Of a DNA stretch of 64,000 nt, positions 50,131 through 59,427 are shown one piece after another. The position numbers and the translations under genes were made by a program. The notes under the pieces are model-generated. The model was not told the DNA's origin. It searched no databases and saw only the letters and a program-made list of their open reading frames with translations. The stretch is from a virus. How positions within the stretch are numbered: the stretch's first letter is position 1; each line of letters starts with the position of its first letter. Where the stretch lies: the IMG/VR virus record IMGVR_UViG_3300046323_000234; one strand, 5' to 3'.

Positions 50131-50580
50131 TTAATAATGATAATATTTATGATTTGGTAAATAATTTTTTATTACCATAATAATTCTACTTCTATCAACA
50201 TCATTACCCACATCACCACCATAACTAGTAAAATAATATGGTAAATATCTTGCAATATATAAACCAATATGATTATATTGAATTGTACTATTTATATAAA
50301 TAATTTCATAATCAATAAAAAATATTTTAATATCATTAATATAATATTCAAAATTATAATCTTCATCTATAATATTAAATTTTCCCAACTGTGCTATTTT
50401 ATTTAAAATAATTTTAAATGATTCACAATATAATGATATTCCATCACTATTTTCTATTCTATATATTTCATTATATTCATCCAAAATAAATGAATTATTT
50501 ATTATTTTTTGATAAATATCAGCAATATGATAACACATTTTAAAATCATTTATAATGTGGTTTTCTTTGTTCCAATCCAT
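50131..50580 (-). CDS. CxY-module family protein
   Basis: MCYHIADIYQKIINNSFILDEY; YYINDIKIFFID resembles the second block of long members. Confidence 0.65.
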   Translation of the reverse strand: MDWNKENHIINDFKMCYHIADIYQKIINNSFILDEYNEIYRIENSDGISLYCESFKIILNKIAQLGKFNIIDEDYNFEYYINDIKIFFIDYEIIYINSTIQYNHIGLYIARYLPYYFTSYGGDVGNDVDRSRIIMVIKNYLPNHKYYHY

Positions 50581-51790
50581 TTGATGTTATTTCAATAATC
50601 TCAATATTTAATTTAAATTCATTAATTGTTTTTGCGTTGGCATATGAGAAACCAGATTTGATTCCATTGGTTAATCTATTTAAATCCAATTCAGATTTTT
50701 CTTTGGATTTAAAATCAACAGTAAATTCAAATCCTTCTGGTAATATCTCCTTATTAATATTATTAACCTTATTATTCAATAATGCCATTGATTCAGATGC
50801 CATACCTCTATAATATGCCTTTATTGGATTTGATTTATTATTATGAATTTTTTCCTTATCAATAAATTGTATTTTGGTTGTTTTAAAATCGATATAATTA
50901 TTATTTATTAAATCTTCCGTATATGAATATTCATCTAAATAATGATTAACGTTTTTGGATTTGTGCTCTATGAATATTGGAGAGTTTGAATAATAATCGC
51001 CAGCAAAGAATCCACCCATCATAACAAAATCAGCCCCACAAGCTAATGCTTTTAATATATCTGATGATGTTTTAATTCCACCATCAGCAACTATATAATA
51101 ATCTTCGTTTGATAATCTATCATTGGCTATTTCTAGCAGCATAGAAGCTGCTGGACGATATATTCCAGCCACATCCGATGTGGAACACGCTGAACCAGTA
51201 GAAACCCCTACACGCACGAATTTAACACCTAAATTGACCAAGTATTCAACATGTTCTTTACATGTGACATTACCACACATAATTTCAATATTAATACTTC
51301 TATGCACAATATTTTGTTTGATATAATTTAGTTCTTTAATAACTGGTTCAACAAGAGTGTTTGATCCATTGGCTGTATCTATACAAATCAAAAAATTATA
51401 ATCTAATAGATTATCTTCCATCACCATTTTGGTAAAAGCTGTTAATCTTTCTTTATAGTCGTTAACACCAATCGAAAAACTTACTAACTTACTTGTATTG
51501 TTTTTAATTAATAATCTAATATCTGAAATCATTTCATCAATTTGATTAAATCTATGTAAAACACCTTGCTGATTATTTTTATCAAGATAATTACATAAAT
51601 CAAATCCAGATATATCAAACATCGGTGCTGAAAAGATTAAACCCATATTAATCTTATTGGATTTAATTAAACCAAACTGTATGGATTGGTTTAGATTAAT
51701 TTCATCAGAAAAACGTGATTTGATTTGTGATATTTGTCTACTGAAAAGTGAAATATCGTTATATGTTAATTCTTTTGTTATATTTTTCAT
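50546..51790 (-). CDS. GMP reductase / IMP dehydrogenase family
   Basis: LTYNDI, SAPM, IDTANG, GNV, VGVSTGSACST (catalytic Cys), ADGGIK, KALACGADFVMMG, YRGMAS. Confidence 0.9.
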   Translation of the reverse strand: MKNITKELTYNDISLFSRQISQIKSRFSDEINLNQSIQFGLIKSNKINMGLIFSAPMFDISGFDLCNYLDKNNQQGVLHRFNQIDEMISDIRLLIKNNTSKLVSFSIGVNDYKERLTAFTKMVMEDNLLDYNFLICIDTANGSNTLVEPVIKELNYIKQNIVHRSINIEIMCGNVTCKEHVEYLVNLGVKFVRVGVSTGSACSTSDVAGIYRPAASMLLEIANDRLSNEDYYIVADGGIKTSSDILKALACGADFVMMGGFFAGDYYSNSPIFIEHKSKNVNHYLDEYSYTEDLINNNYIDFKTTKIQFIDKEKIHNNKSNPIKAYYRGMASESMALLNNKVNNINKEILPEGFEFTVDFKSKEKSELDLNRLTNGIKSGFSYANAKTINEFKLNIEIIEITSNGLEQRKPHYK

Positions 51791-51887
51791 TAAAATAATT
51801 TATCATTATTTACAATATTAATGAAAATAAAATTTTTAGACAACTATTTATTATAAATAACAATAAAATTTAATAAAAATTTATAAA

Positions 51888-52694
51888 ATGAATACAAATA
51901 CAAATGTTGATTTTCATACACAATATCAACAACAGAGAGTAAATGAACAACCTGATGAATTAAAACCATTGTTTGATATTGTACAACTACCATCAAAGGG
52001 TATGTTCTATCCAAATGGAACACCATCAGAGGTTGAGGTATATTATCTAACAACAAAGGATGAGGATACGTTAACTACTCCAGGTTTGTTAGAGACTGGT
52101 AAAGTATATGACGTGTTGGTTAAAAGAAAATTAAAAGATAAATCAATTAATCCAGACACCTTATTGAAGGGCGATATTGATGCAATTCTTTTATTTTTAA
52201 GAACATCTGGTTATGGTGAAGATTATCCAGTAATTGTAACAGATCCAGATAATGGTGATGAATTTGAATCTAAAATTGATTTAACTAAATTAAAATTTAA
52301 AGAAGTTAAACATACCCCAGATGAGATGATGCAATTTAATTTTCTTTTACCGCTTAGAAAGAAAAATATTAAAGTTAGATTATTAAATTCAATGGAAGAA
52401 GATACATTGAATAGAAATATTGAAAATCAAAAGAAATTATCAAATGATCAAATTGTACATAGTGTATCTATGAGATTAAAAGCACATATTCATTCGATTG
52501 AAGGAAATACTAGTAGAGGTTATATCGATTCATTTGTTGATAATATGCCACCGAAAGATTCATTACATTTAAGAAAGTTTTTAAATGAGATTGAGCCTGG
52601 TATTGATACTTCATACGAATTTACATCGCCAAAGGGAAATACTTTTACAAGCGGATTTAGGTTTGGATTGGATTTTTTCTTCCCAAGCATATGA
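51888..52694 (+). CDS. Baseplate hub/tail assembly chaperone (T4 gp26-like)
   Basis: VQLPSKGMFY, LTTKDEDTL, GDIDAILLFLR..YGEDY, EPGID, ends LDFFFP; late motif at 51843-51851. Confidence 0.8.
   Translation: MNTNTNVDFHTQYQQQRVNEQPDELKPLFDIVQLPSKGMFYPNGTPSEVEVYYLTTKDEDTLTTPGLLETGKVYDVLVKRKLKDKSINPDTLLKGDIDAILLFLRTSGYGEDYPVIVTDPDNGDEFESKIDLTKLKFKEVKHTPDEMMQFNFLLPLRKKNIKVRLLNSMEEDTLNRNIENQKKLSNDQIVHSVSMRLKAHIHSIEGNTSRGYIDSFVDNMPPKDSLHLRKFLNEIEPGIDTSYEFTSPKGNTFTSGFRFGLDFFFPSI
52673..52679 (+). other. Putative -1 ribosomal frameshift heptamer T-TTT-TTC
   Basis: X-XXY-YYZ in the frame of 51888..52694; the -1 frame is open into ORF 52691..52894. Confidence 0.65.
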
Positions 52695-52894
52695 TCGGTG
52701 AATACAAGAATATCATAAAAGATGAGACTTTTGTATTGGTGAGACATGGTAGATTTTCAAAAAGCGACATCGATGATATGACAGTATGGGAGAGAAGAAA
52801 GTTTATTAATAGTATAAAACAAGAATTTGATGAAATAAGAAAAGAACAACAAAAACAAAGAAGTACCACAGTATCTAAACAACCTAGAAGATAA
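52691..52894 (+). CDS. Small tail assembly chaperone (gpT-like frameshift extension)
   Basis: FSKSDIDDMTVWERRKFI; between the chaperone and the tape measure. Confidence 0.75.
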   Translation: MIGEYKNIIKDETFVLVRHGRFSKSDIDDMTVWERRKFINSIKQEFDEIRKEQQKQRSTTVSKQPRR

Positions 52895-52912
52895 TTCTCT
52901 AGGTTGTTTTTA
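52877..52912 (+). terminator. Intrinsic terminator
   Basis: AAACAACCTAGA...TCTAGGTTGTTT hairpin plus T-tract. Confidence 0.7.
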
Positions 52913-52948
52913 TTTTAAAGCTATTTATGTTTAGATTATATTTTATAA

Positions 52949-55516
52949 ATGGCAACAAGTAAATCCCAACAAATCCTAAAAGATATTGAAGAAACAGCAT
53001 TATTGATGACTGAACTCAAAAAAATTGAGGACGATTACTATAATAAATTATTTAGGAGAACTGCTATTGGTAAAAAACAACTAGAACAATCAATTAAACA
53101 CTATAAACTTGAGATTGAGCTTAGAGAGTTGATGAAAAAACAAGCTAGTTCTAATAAGCAACTACAAAAGCATTTACAAAAAATAATTGATCAGAAAAAA
53201 ATTGAATTAAATTTATCGGGTAAAATAAATAGAGCATTATCACATGAAAAAAAATTAAGATTAGCACAATTTAATGCTGATAGAAAAGCATTAAGACTAT
53301 ATATTGATGATTATAATTCTGGTATTAAAATGATTCAAGATTTTGGTACTAAATTATCTAATATTTTCACCAATACATCATCTGAATTATTAAAAATAGA
53401 TCATGAAATAAAGCAAACCATTCTTGGTATTAGTTTATCTGGTGAAAGAGCTGCTTATTTTAGAGATAATCTAAATCAAGCTGCAATATACACTAGTATG
53501 ATTGGTGTTAATGCTGCTGATTTAGCTAAAATGCAAAAATCATACGCTGATGAAACTGGTAGAGCATTAATTTTATCAAAAGAAAATTTAATAGCCGTTT
53601 CGGATTTAGCTAAAGGTACACTATTGGGTGCTGAAGGTGCTTCAAAAATTGTTGGTGCATTTGAATTGATTGGTTATGGTGCTAAAGATACTGTATCATA
53701 TTTTGAAGATGTTGTTAATTTATCACAAAAGTCTGGTGTTAATGCTGATAAAGTTGTTAAAAGAATATCAGAAAATTTTAAAAAGTCTCAGAATTATAGT
53801 TTTAGAAATGGTATAAGAGGTCTTGCTGAAATGTCGAAATATGCTGAAAAATTTAAAAATGACATTGGTAGTACATTTAGTGCAATGGATAAGGCTAGAA
53901 CACTTGAAGGTGCTATTGATATGGCCTCAAATCTTCAAGTTATTGGTGGACAATTTGCAAATTCAGATCCATTCCAATTATTACATTTATCAAGAAATGA
54001 CCCACAGAAGTTTCAAAAGATGTTAAATGAAATGACCAGAGGTGTTGCACAATTTAATAAAACATCTGGTGAAATTGAAATTACATCATTAAACTTAGAT
54101 AGATTGAGGATGGTTGCTGAAGCGACTGGTCAAGATTTTAATAATTTAGTTGAACAATCCAAACAATTTGCAAAAGTATCAACAATTGAAAGAAATTTAT
54201 TTGGATTATCGCCAGAAGATAAAGAACTAGTATCATCTTTGGCTGATATTAATAAAAAAACCATGAAATGGGAAATTGATGGTACTGATATAACAAAATT
54301 ATCAAAAACACAAATAGATTTATTAAGGGGGCATTCACAAACATTACATGAAAGAGCTGAAGCATCAATAACATTTGATAAACAAATGGTATATTTGGTT
54401 GATTCATTAAAAGCAACATTATTACCATTATTAACATATGTAAATAAAGCATTGGATTCATTTCAAGCGATGCTCAAACCTGTTGTTGATATTTTCAGTA
54501 AACATAGTGGAATATTTCAAATAGGATTTGGTATGTTAGGTGTTGTTGCTGCATTTAAAACAATTGGTGGTATAGTTGGTGCAATGACTGGTGCATTTAA
54601 ACCATTATTAACAGTTGGTAAAGAATTAATGAAAAATGGTGGCCTTGTTGCAAAATCATTAGCTGGAGTTAAAAGAGATAGTAGTTCATTTTCACCAACA
54701 ACTAGTTATGCTAATAAAAGAATAGCTGCACAGAAACGTATAAATTCTGGTGGTGGTCTTGCAAATAAAATGAAAGGCTCTGCTGGTGGAGGTGCTGGCG
54801 GTGCTGGTAAATTAACATCATTAGCTAAAGGTTCAACAGGTTCAATGCTTGCATTTAGTGCAGCAATAGTTTCTGTTGGTCTTGCAATAAATTTAGCAAC
54901 AAATGGTATTGCAAATATGGCTACAGCATTTGAAAAGTTGGATGCTAATAAAATAGATAAATTAAATGTAACATTAGGTATTTTAGGTGTTACAATTATT
55001 GGAACTGTTGTTGGTGGAATTATTGCATTAGGTAAAGCTGGTGAAATTAGTGCAGTTGGTCTTGGTATATTAGCTGCAACAACATTAGCAATTGGTGCTG
55101 GTATTGGATTAGCAACTGCTGGTATTGGTTATTTGGTTAATAGTATATCAAAATTCGGTGATCCAGCGTTTGCAACCAACATTTCAACATTAGCTTCAAA
55201 TATGACAAAAGTTGTTGGATTAGATTATACAAATACAAAAGATACCTTTGGTGTTATATCTGACGTATTGAAGAGAGAATCAGCGATGAAAGAGTTTGGT
55301 AATATGATAAATGCACTTAAAGGATTGGATAATGTTAATAATCCATTGTCAGAATTAAAAGATATGTTTAGTAAACCATTGAGGGTTGAATTTGACAATA
55401 AAAGTGTTAATCTTTCCGTTAATGTTGATATGAATCTTGATGGTGATAAAATATTTAATGATAAATTTGTAAAGAAAGTTGTTACTAGAATTGTCAATAT
55501 GAAAAATGGTAATTAA
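52949..55516 (+). CDS. Tail tape measure protein
   Basis: 855 aa, helical, Ala/Gly-rich hydrophobic segments, follows the chaperone pair; GCTATTTAT upstream (52920-52928). Confidence 0.85.
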   Translation: MATSKSQQILKDIEETALLMTELKKIEDDYYNKLFRRTAIGKKQLEQSIKHYKLEIELRELMKKQASSNKQLQKHLQKIIDQKKIELNLSGKINRALSHEKKLRLAQFNADRKALRLYIDDYNSGIKMIQDFGTKLSNIFTNTSSELLKIDHEIKQTILGISLSGERAAYFRDNLNQAAIYTSMIGVNAADLAKMQKSYADETGRALILSKENLIAVSDLAKGTLLGAEGASKIVGAFELIGYGAKDTVSYFEDVVNLSQKSGVNADKVVKRISENFKKSQNYSFRNGIRGLAEMSKYAEKFKNDIGSTFSAMDKARTLEGAIDMASNLQVIGGQFANSDPFQLLHLSRNDPQKFQKMLNEMTRGVAQFNKTSGEIEITSLNLDRLRMVAEATGQDFNNLVEQSKQFAKVSTIERNLFGLSPEDKELVSSLADINKKTMKWEIDGTDITKLSKTQIDLLRGHSQTLHERAEASITFDKQMVYLVDSLKATLLPLLTYVNKALDSFQAMLKPVVDIFSKHSGIFQIGFGMLGVVAAFKTIGGIVGAMTGAFKPLLTVGKELMKNGGLVAKSLAGVKRDSSSFSPTTSYANKRIAAQKRINSGGGLANKMKGSAGGGAGGAGKLTSLAKGSTGSMLAFSAAIVSVGLAINLATNGIANMATAFEKLDANKIDKLNVTLGILGVTIIGTVVGGIIALGKAGEISAVGLGILAATTLAIGAGIGLATAGIGYLVNSISKFGDPAFATNISTLASNMTKVVGLDYTNTKDTFGVISDVLKRESAMKEFGNMINALKGLDNVNNPLSELKDMFSKPLRVEFDNKSVNLSVNVDMNLDGDKIFNDKFVKKVVTRIVNMKNGN

Positions 55517-56274
55517 TCGATTTTGTATAAATTCCATTAAAAATATTTTTTAAGCAAAAGTGCTTAATTTGCGTTTAAATGAGGTTTGATAAAAATAGTT
55601 GAAAAAATAAATATAACTTTCTGTACTTTTGTCATTAAAATTTCGTAATATATAGTATAGGGTATACATTTTTAACTCTATATCAACATAAAATATAAGT
55701 CTTATAATATAATATAAAGCATATGAAATAAATATAATAATATTAGATATATTAATATAAATTATAAAGTATATTCTGAATAATATTAGATATAAAAATA
55801 TATTGGAAGTACTCAACATATTATGCTTGATATTATCTACTAACATTAAATATATAACTGAATAATATAAACTTATTATATTATTTTGTCTTTTATAAAG
55901 TATATTATAAGTTGCCCATAACTATGCCCTTTTGAATTATATTCAAAATTCCACATCAAATCCAATAAATTCTTATTTAATTATAATAATAAGTTATATT
56001 CCAATCTAATAAAATTATTTAATTTATTCTTGGAATAGTAATATTACAATTTAACAAAATGTTTTATAATAAATAATAATATACTTCAATTGTAAAATAT
56101 GATAATTAATTCACTTCAACCAGCATATAGTTATAATCAATTTAATAATATATTTAGCTACCTACTTACAGGTAGGTAAGTTATAATTAACATTATTTAG
56201 TATATAATTGTAAATTATATTATTTGTGAAAAACTATTTATTATTAGATTGGTTAATATCAATTAGAATAATAG

Positions 56275-59043
56275 ATGGGTAAGATTAATTCAACTGAAAC
56301 AAAACAAATTAGAGATAGATTAATATCTAGGAATTTATATACTCCAGATAGTGAATATAGTATTAGTAATTCCAAGATAACAGAAGCTATTAATGGATTG
56401 GCTAGTTTATTAGCACCAACAAATTCATTTGATTTTAAAAATAGTATTATTGGTAGACAACTAGAACCACAAACACCATTAACTAAAATTGCGAATTCTC
56501 AGTTAGCTGCACAACTTCAATATCAAATAGGTAGTAATGCAAAAAGAGAGTTAGTTCCAACAATTAGTATATCTAATTTATTGGATAAGAATAGTGATAC
56601 CAAGTTTATTAAATTAAGAAAAGATTTTACTATTACCAATGAATTATATGAATCAAGAGCATTAAATTTTATTAGTGATATAACTGGATATAGTCCACCA
56701 GTTAATCCATTTGTATATTCAACATTATATGGTTTACCAAGTACAACATCTCAAAAGTTATTTGATAAGCTTGGATCTGGTCAGAAAGATACATTAGTTA
56801 AATTATTAAATCATAATTATTATTCACCAACATTAGAGGGGTATAATAAGAATTTATCATCTTCAATCAATAGAAAGTATTTTACTACATCATTCTCTGC
56901 CACTGAAAATCGTCCAACATTGTTTGGTGATTTTTCTGAATATATAAATGAATATATTAATCTCGAACAAATTAATTTAATTAAAGAAATTGGTACTGAG
57001 TATAATATTAATCCAAAAGATGTAGATGATATATTTGGTGTAACAAATACAAAACCAAAAAAAATTAATGTTGAAGCTGATAATAATAATTATGGATTTA
57101 ATGAATATAAAGGTATTGACTATACATCGAATGAATTACATTGGGGTATTAATGATGATGATACATCATTTAAACATAAAACTGGTTTATTATATTATAC
57201 AAAAAATCTAATCAAAGCAATTGATAATAATAATATTGATCAAAGAAAAAAAGAATTTAATGATAATAAAGGTAATATAGTTGGATATAATGGTTCACCT
57301 GCTGATCCGATCAGACAGCATACCGTTCTTGACCAATATAATAGAAATTCTAAATTGATTAGATTTGAAGGAAATAAAAACTATGATGGTGATAGTAATT
57401 CAGTTATAAACAAGACAGTATTTCCAAAGATACATCCAATAATGGAAAATTGGGAAGTTAATAATAGTAATTTATTCTTTTCGATTGAAAACTTAGCATA
57501 TCAAATTAATGAAAATGGTGATATACAAGGTACAAATCATTCACTCATACTTCCAACATGCGAAAGAGGACAACAAGGTGGTAGATTAATGTGGTTTGCA
57601 CCATATGATGTACAATTTAATGAAACATCAACGGCAGGTTGGGATTCAACATCAATCATTGGTAGAGGCGAACCATTACATTCATATTCAAGCACTGAAA
57701 GAACTGGTGTATTGGCATTTAAAATGATTGTAGATTATCCACAACAAATAAAGGATATGGGATATGGTGATTTGGTACGATTCTTTGCTAAAGGTGATAA
57801 TGGCGCACCAAGAAGAGTAAAGACAACCAATATAAGCGAATTAATAAAAAGTAAAATTGATATACAAAATAATATTATTAAACCAACTAAAAACACAATC
57901 ATAAAACCAACAAATTCAACAAATGATGCTGTTGTATATTTTTTCCAAAATGCTGAATCAACAATTGATTTTGAATATGAAGATAATAGTGATAATTTAA
58001 CATATAGTGGATTAAATGCCAATTTATCAACAAAAACTGATAGTTTAATTGATATATTAAAAAATATAAATGAATCTGAATATATTAAGTTACAATTTAT
58101 TGGTTATACATCAAAATTAGCTAGTACAGAGTTTAATAACGCTCTTGGATTGGCTAGAGCAACAGAATTAAAAGATTATATTGAATCTGAATATATTTTA
58201 GCAACTGGTAAAGAATTTAGTGAATCAAATATTGAATATACATTAGAATCAAAGGGTGAAACATCGCCTGGGGCATCAGAAAAGGGTAAATTACCTGAAA
58301 ATATAAATGTAAAAGAAGTTAAAAAAGATAGAAGAGCAATTGTTAATATATTATATAATGATAAAACACCAGTAATACCAATTGGTATAAGTGCTGAAGA
58401 TCAAGCAAATAATGACGAATTACAAAGTCAACTAGCTGCTATAGATAATCAAATAAAAATTGGATCATCTGATTGTAATACATTAGATGCTCGAAAAGAT
58501 AATTTATCTGATTTTATTCCAAGAGGTTGGCAAGATAATGGTATTTTTAAACCAGCGTTTCATTCACAAACACCAGAAGATTATCATAAGAGATTAACAT
58601 TCTTGCACCAATGTACAAGACAAGGTGTGGCTATTGAAAATAATGTAATAAACTCTGTTTTCGGTAGACAACCAGTGTGCGTTTTAAGATTGGGTGATTT
58701 CTTACATACACAAATAATCATAGATTCAATCAATTTTGATTTTACCGAAGCAATGTGGGATATGAACCCAGAGGGAATGGGTATGCAATACATGACAGCA
58801 TCGATTACAATGAACATTAAGATACTTGGTGGACAATCACTAGGTGCGCCAATTTCGAGGCTTCAGAACGCATTATCTTTCAATTATTTTGCAAACTCTA
58901 CTTATTATAAAACTGGTTCAATATATGAAATGACAAATAAAGTTCAAAATGAGGAAATTGGTAATATTAATAAAATTAATACAGACAATGAAACCGCTTA
59001 TCAAAAGTCGATTAGTAGTTCAGTAAATACAACCCCAACCTAA
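56275..59043 (+). CDS. Baseplate/tube-initiator-like protein with internal OmpA-like domain
   Basis: MWFAPYDVQFNE..WDSTSIIGRGEPLHSY..TERTG, FIGYTS...NNALGLARATELKDYI...KGE...DRRA, FGRQPVCVLRLGDF; late motif at 56233-56241. Confidence 0.75.
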   Translation: MGKINSTETKQIRDRLISRNLYTPDSEYSISNSKITEAINGLASLLAPTNSFDFKNSIIGRQLEPQTPLTKIANSQLAAQLQYQIGSNAKRELVPTISISNLLDKNSDTKFIKLRKDFTITNELYESRALNFISDITGYSPPVNPFVYSTLYGLPSTTSQKLFDKLGSGQKDTLVKLLNHNYYSPTLEGYNKNLSSSINRKYFTTSFSATENRPTLFGDFSEYINEYINLEQINLIKEIGTEYNINPKDVDDIFGVTNTKPKKINVEADNNNYGFNEYKGIDYTSNELHWGINDDDTSFKHKTGLLYYTKNLIKAIDNNNIDQRKKEFNDNKGNIVGYNGSPADPIRQHTVLDQYNRNSKLIRFEGNKNYDGDSNSVINKTVFPKIHPIMENWEVNNSNLFFSIENLAYQINENGDIQGTNHSLILPTCERGQQGGRLMWFAPYDVQFNETSTAGWDSTSIIGRGEPLHSYSSTERTGVLAFKMIVDYPQQIKDMGYGDLVRFFAKGDNGAPRRVKTTNISELIKSKIDIQNNIIKPTKNTIIKPTNSTNDAVVYFFQNAESTIDFEYEDNSDNLTYSGLNANLSTKTDSLIDILKNINESEYIKLQFIGYTSKLASTEFNNALGLARATELKDYIESEYILATGKEFSESNIEYTLESKGETSPGASEKGKLPENINVKEVKKDRRAIVNILYNDKTPVIPIGISAEDQANNDELQSQLAAIDNQIKIGSSDCNTLDARKDNLSDFIPRGWQDNGIFKPAFHSQTPEDYHKRLTFLHQCTRQGVAIENNVINSVFGRQPVCVLRLGDFLHTQIIIDSINFDFTEAMWDMNPEGMGMQYMTASITMNIKILGGQSLGAPISRLQNALSFNYFANSTYYKTGSIYEMTNKVQNEEIGNINKINTDNETAYQKSISSSVNTTPT

Positions 59044-59049
59044 TAAAAT

Positions 59050-59358
59050 ATGTTAGAAGATTTTGACAGATATTCGATTTATAGAACACAAGGTGATATA
59101 GAGCAAGTTCCATTCATAAAGATAAAAGAGAATGGAAGTGATAAGTATGAACAATATATTGTTGGAGAAACAAGATTTGATAAATTATCACAAAAATATT
59201 ATGGAACACCCATATATGATTTTTTTATATTAATGGCCAATCCAACATATGTTAATGAATTTGATATTGAAGATGGAACAATTATTAGAATACCATTTCC
59301 AATAGCAACAGTTAAAAATAATTATATATCAGAACTTGAAAAAACAAAGAGAATTTAA
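59050..59358 (+). CDS. LysM/gp53-like baseplate protein
   Basis: TRFDKLSQKYYG..ILMANP..IEDGTIIRIP. Confidence 0.8.
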   Translation: MLEDFDRYSIYRTQGDIEQVPFIKIKENGSDKYEQYIVGETRFDKLSQKYYGTPIYDFFILMANPTYVNEFDIEDGTIIRIPFPIATVKNNYISELEKTKRI

Positions 59359-59427
59359 TTAAAATAATTACAAAATTAATTTGACAACTAATTTTATTTA
59401 ATTTATTTTTGTAAAAATATAAATTAA

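Noticed and set aside
2361-50580. Diversity-generating retroelement as the source of CxY variability
   Set aside because: No reverse transcriptase in the window and no template/variable repeat pair with adenine-specific differences seen
55550-55846. 98-aa minus-strand ORF in the AT-rich gap
   Set aside because: I/Y/F/N-only composition typical of chance ORFs in AT-rich DNA; no motif or operon context
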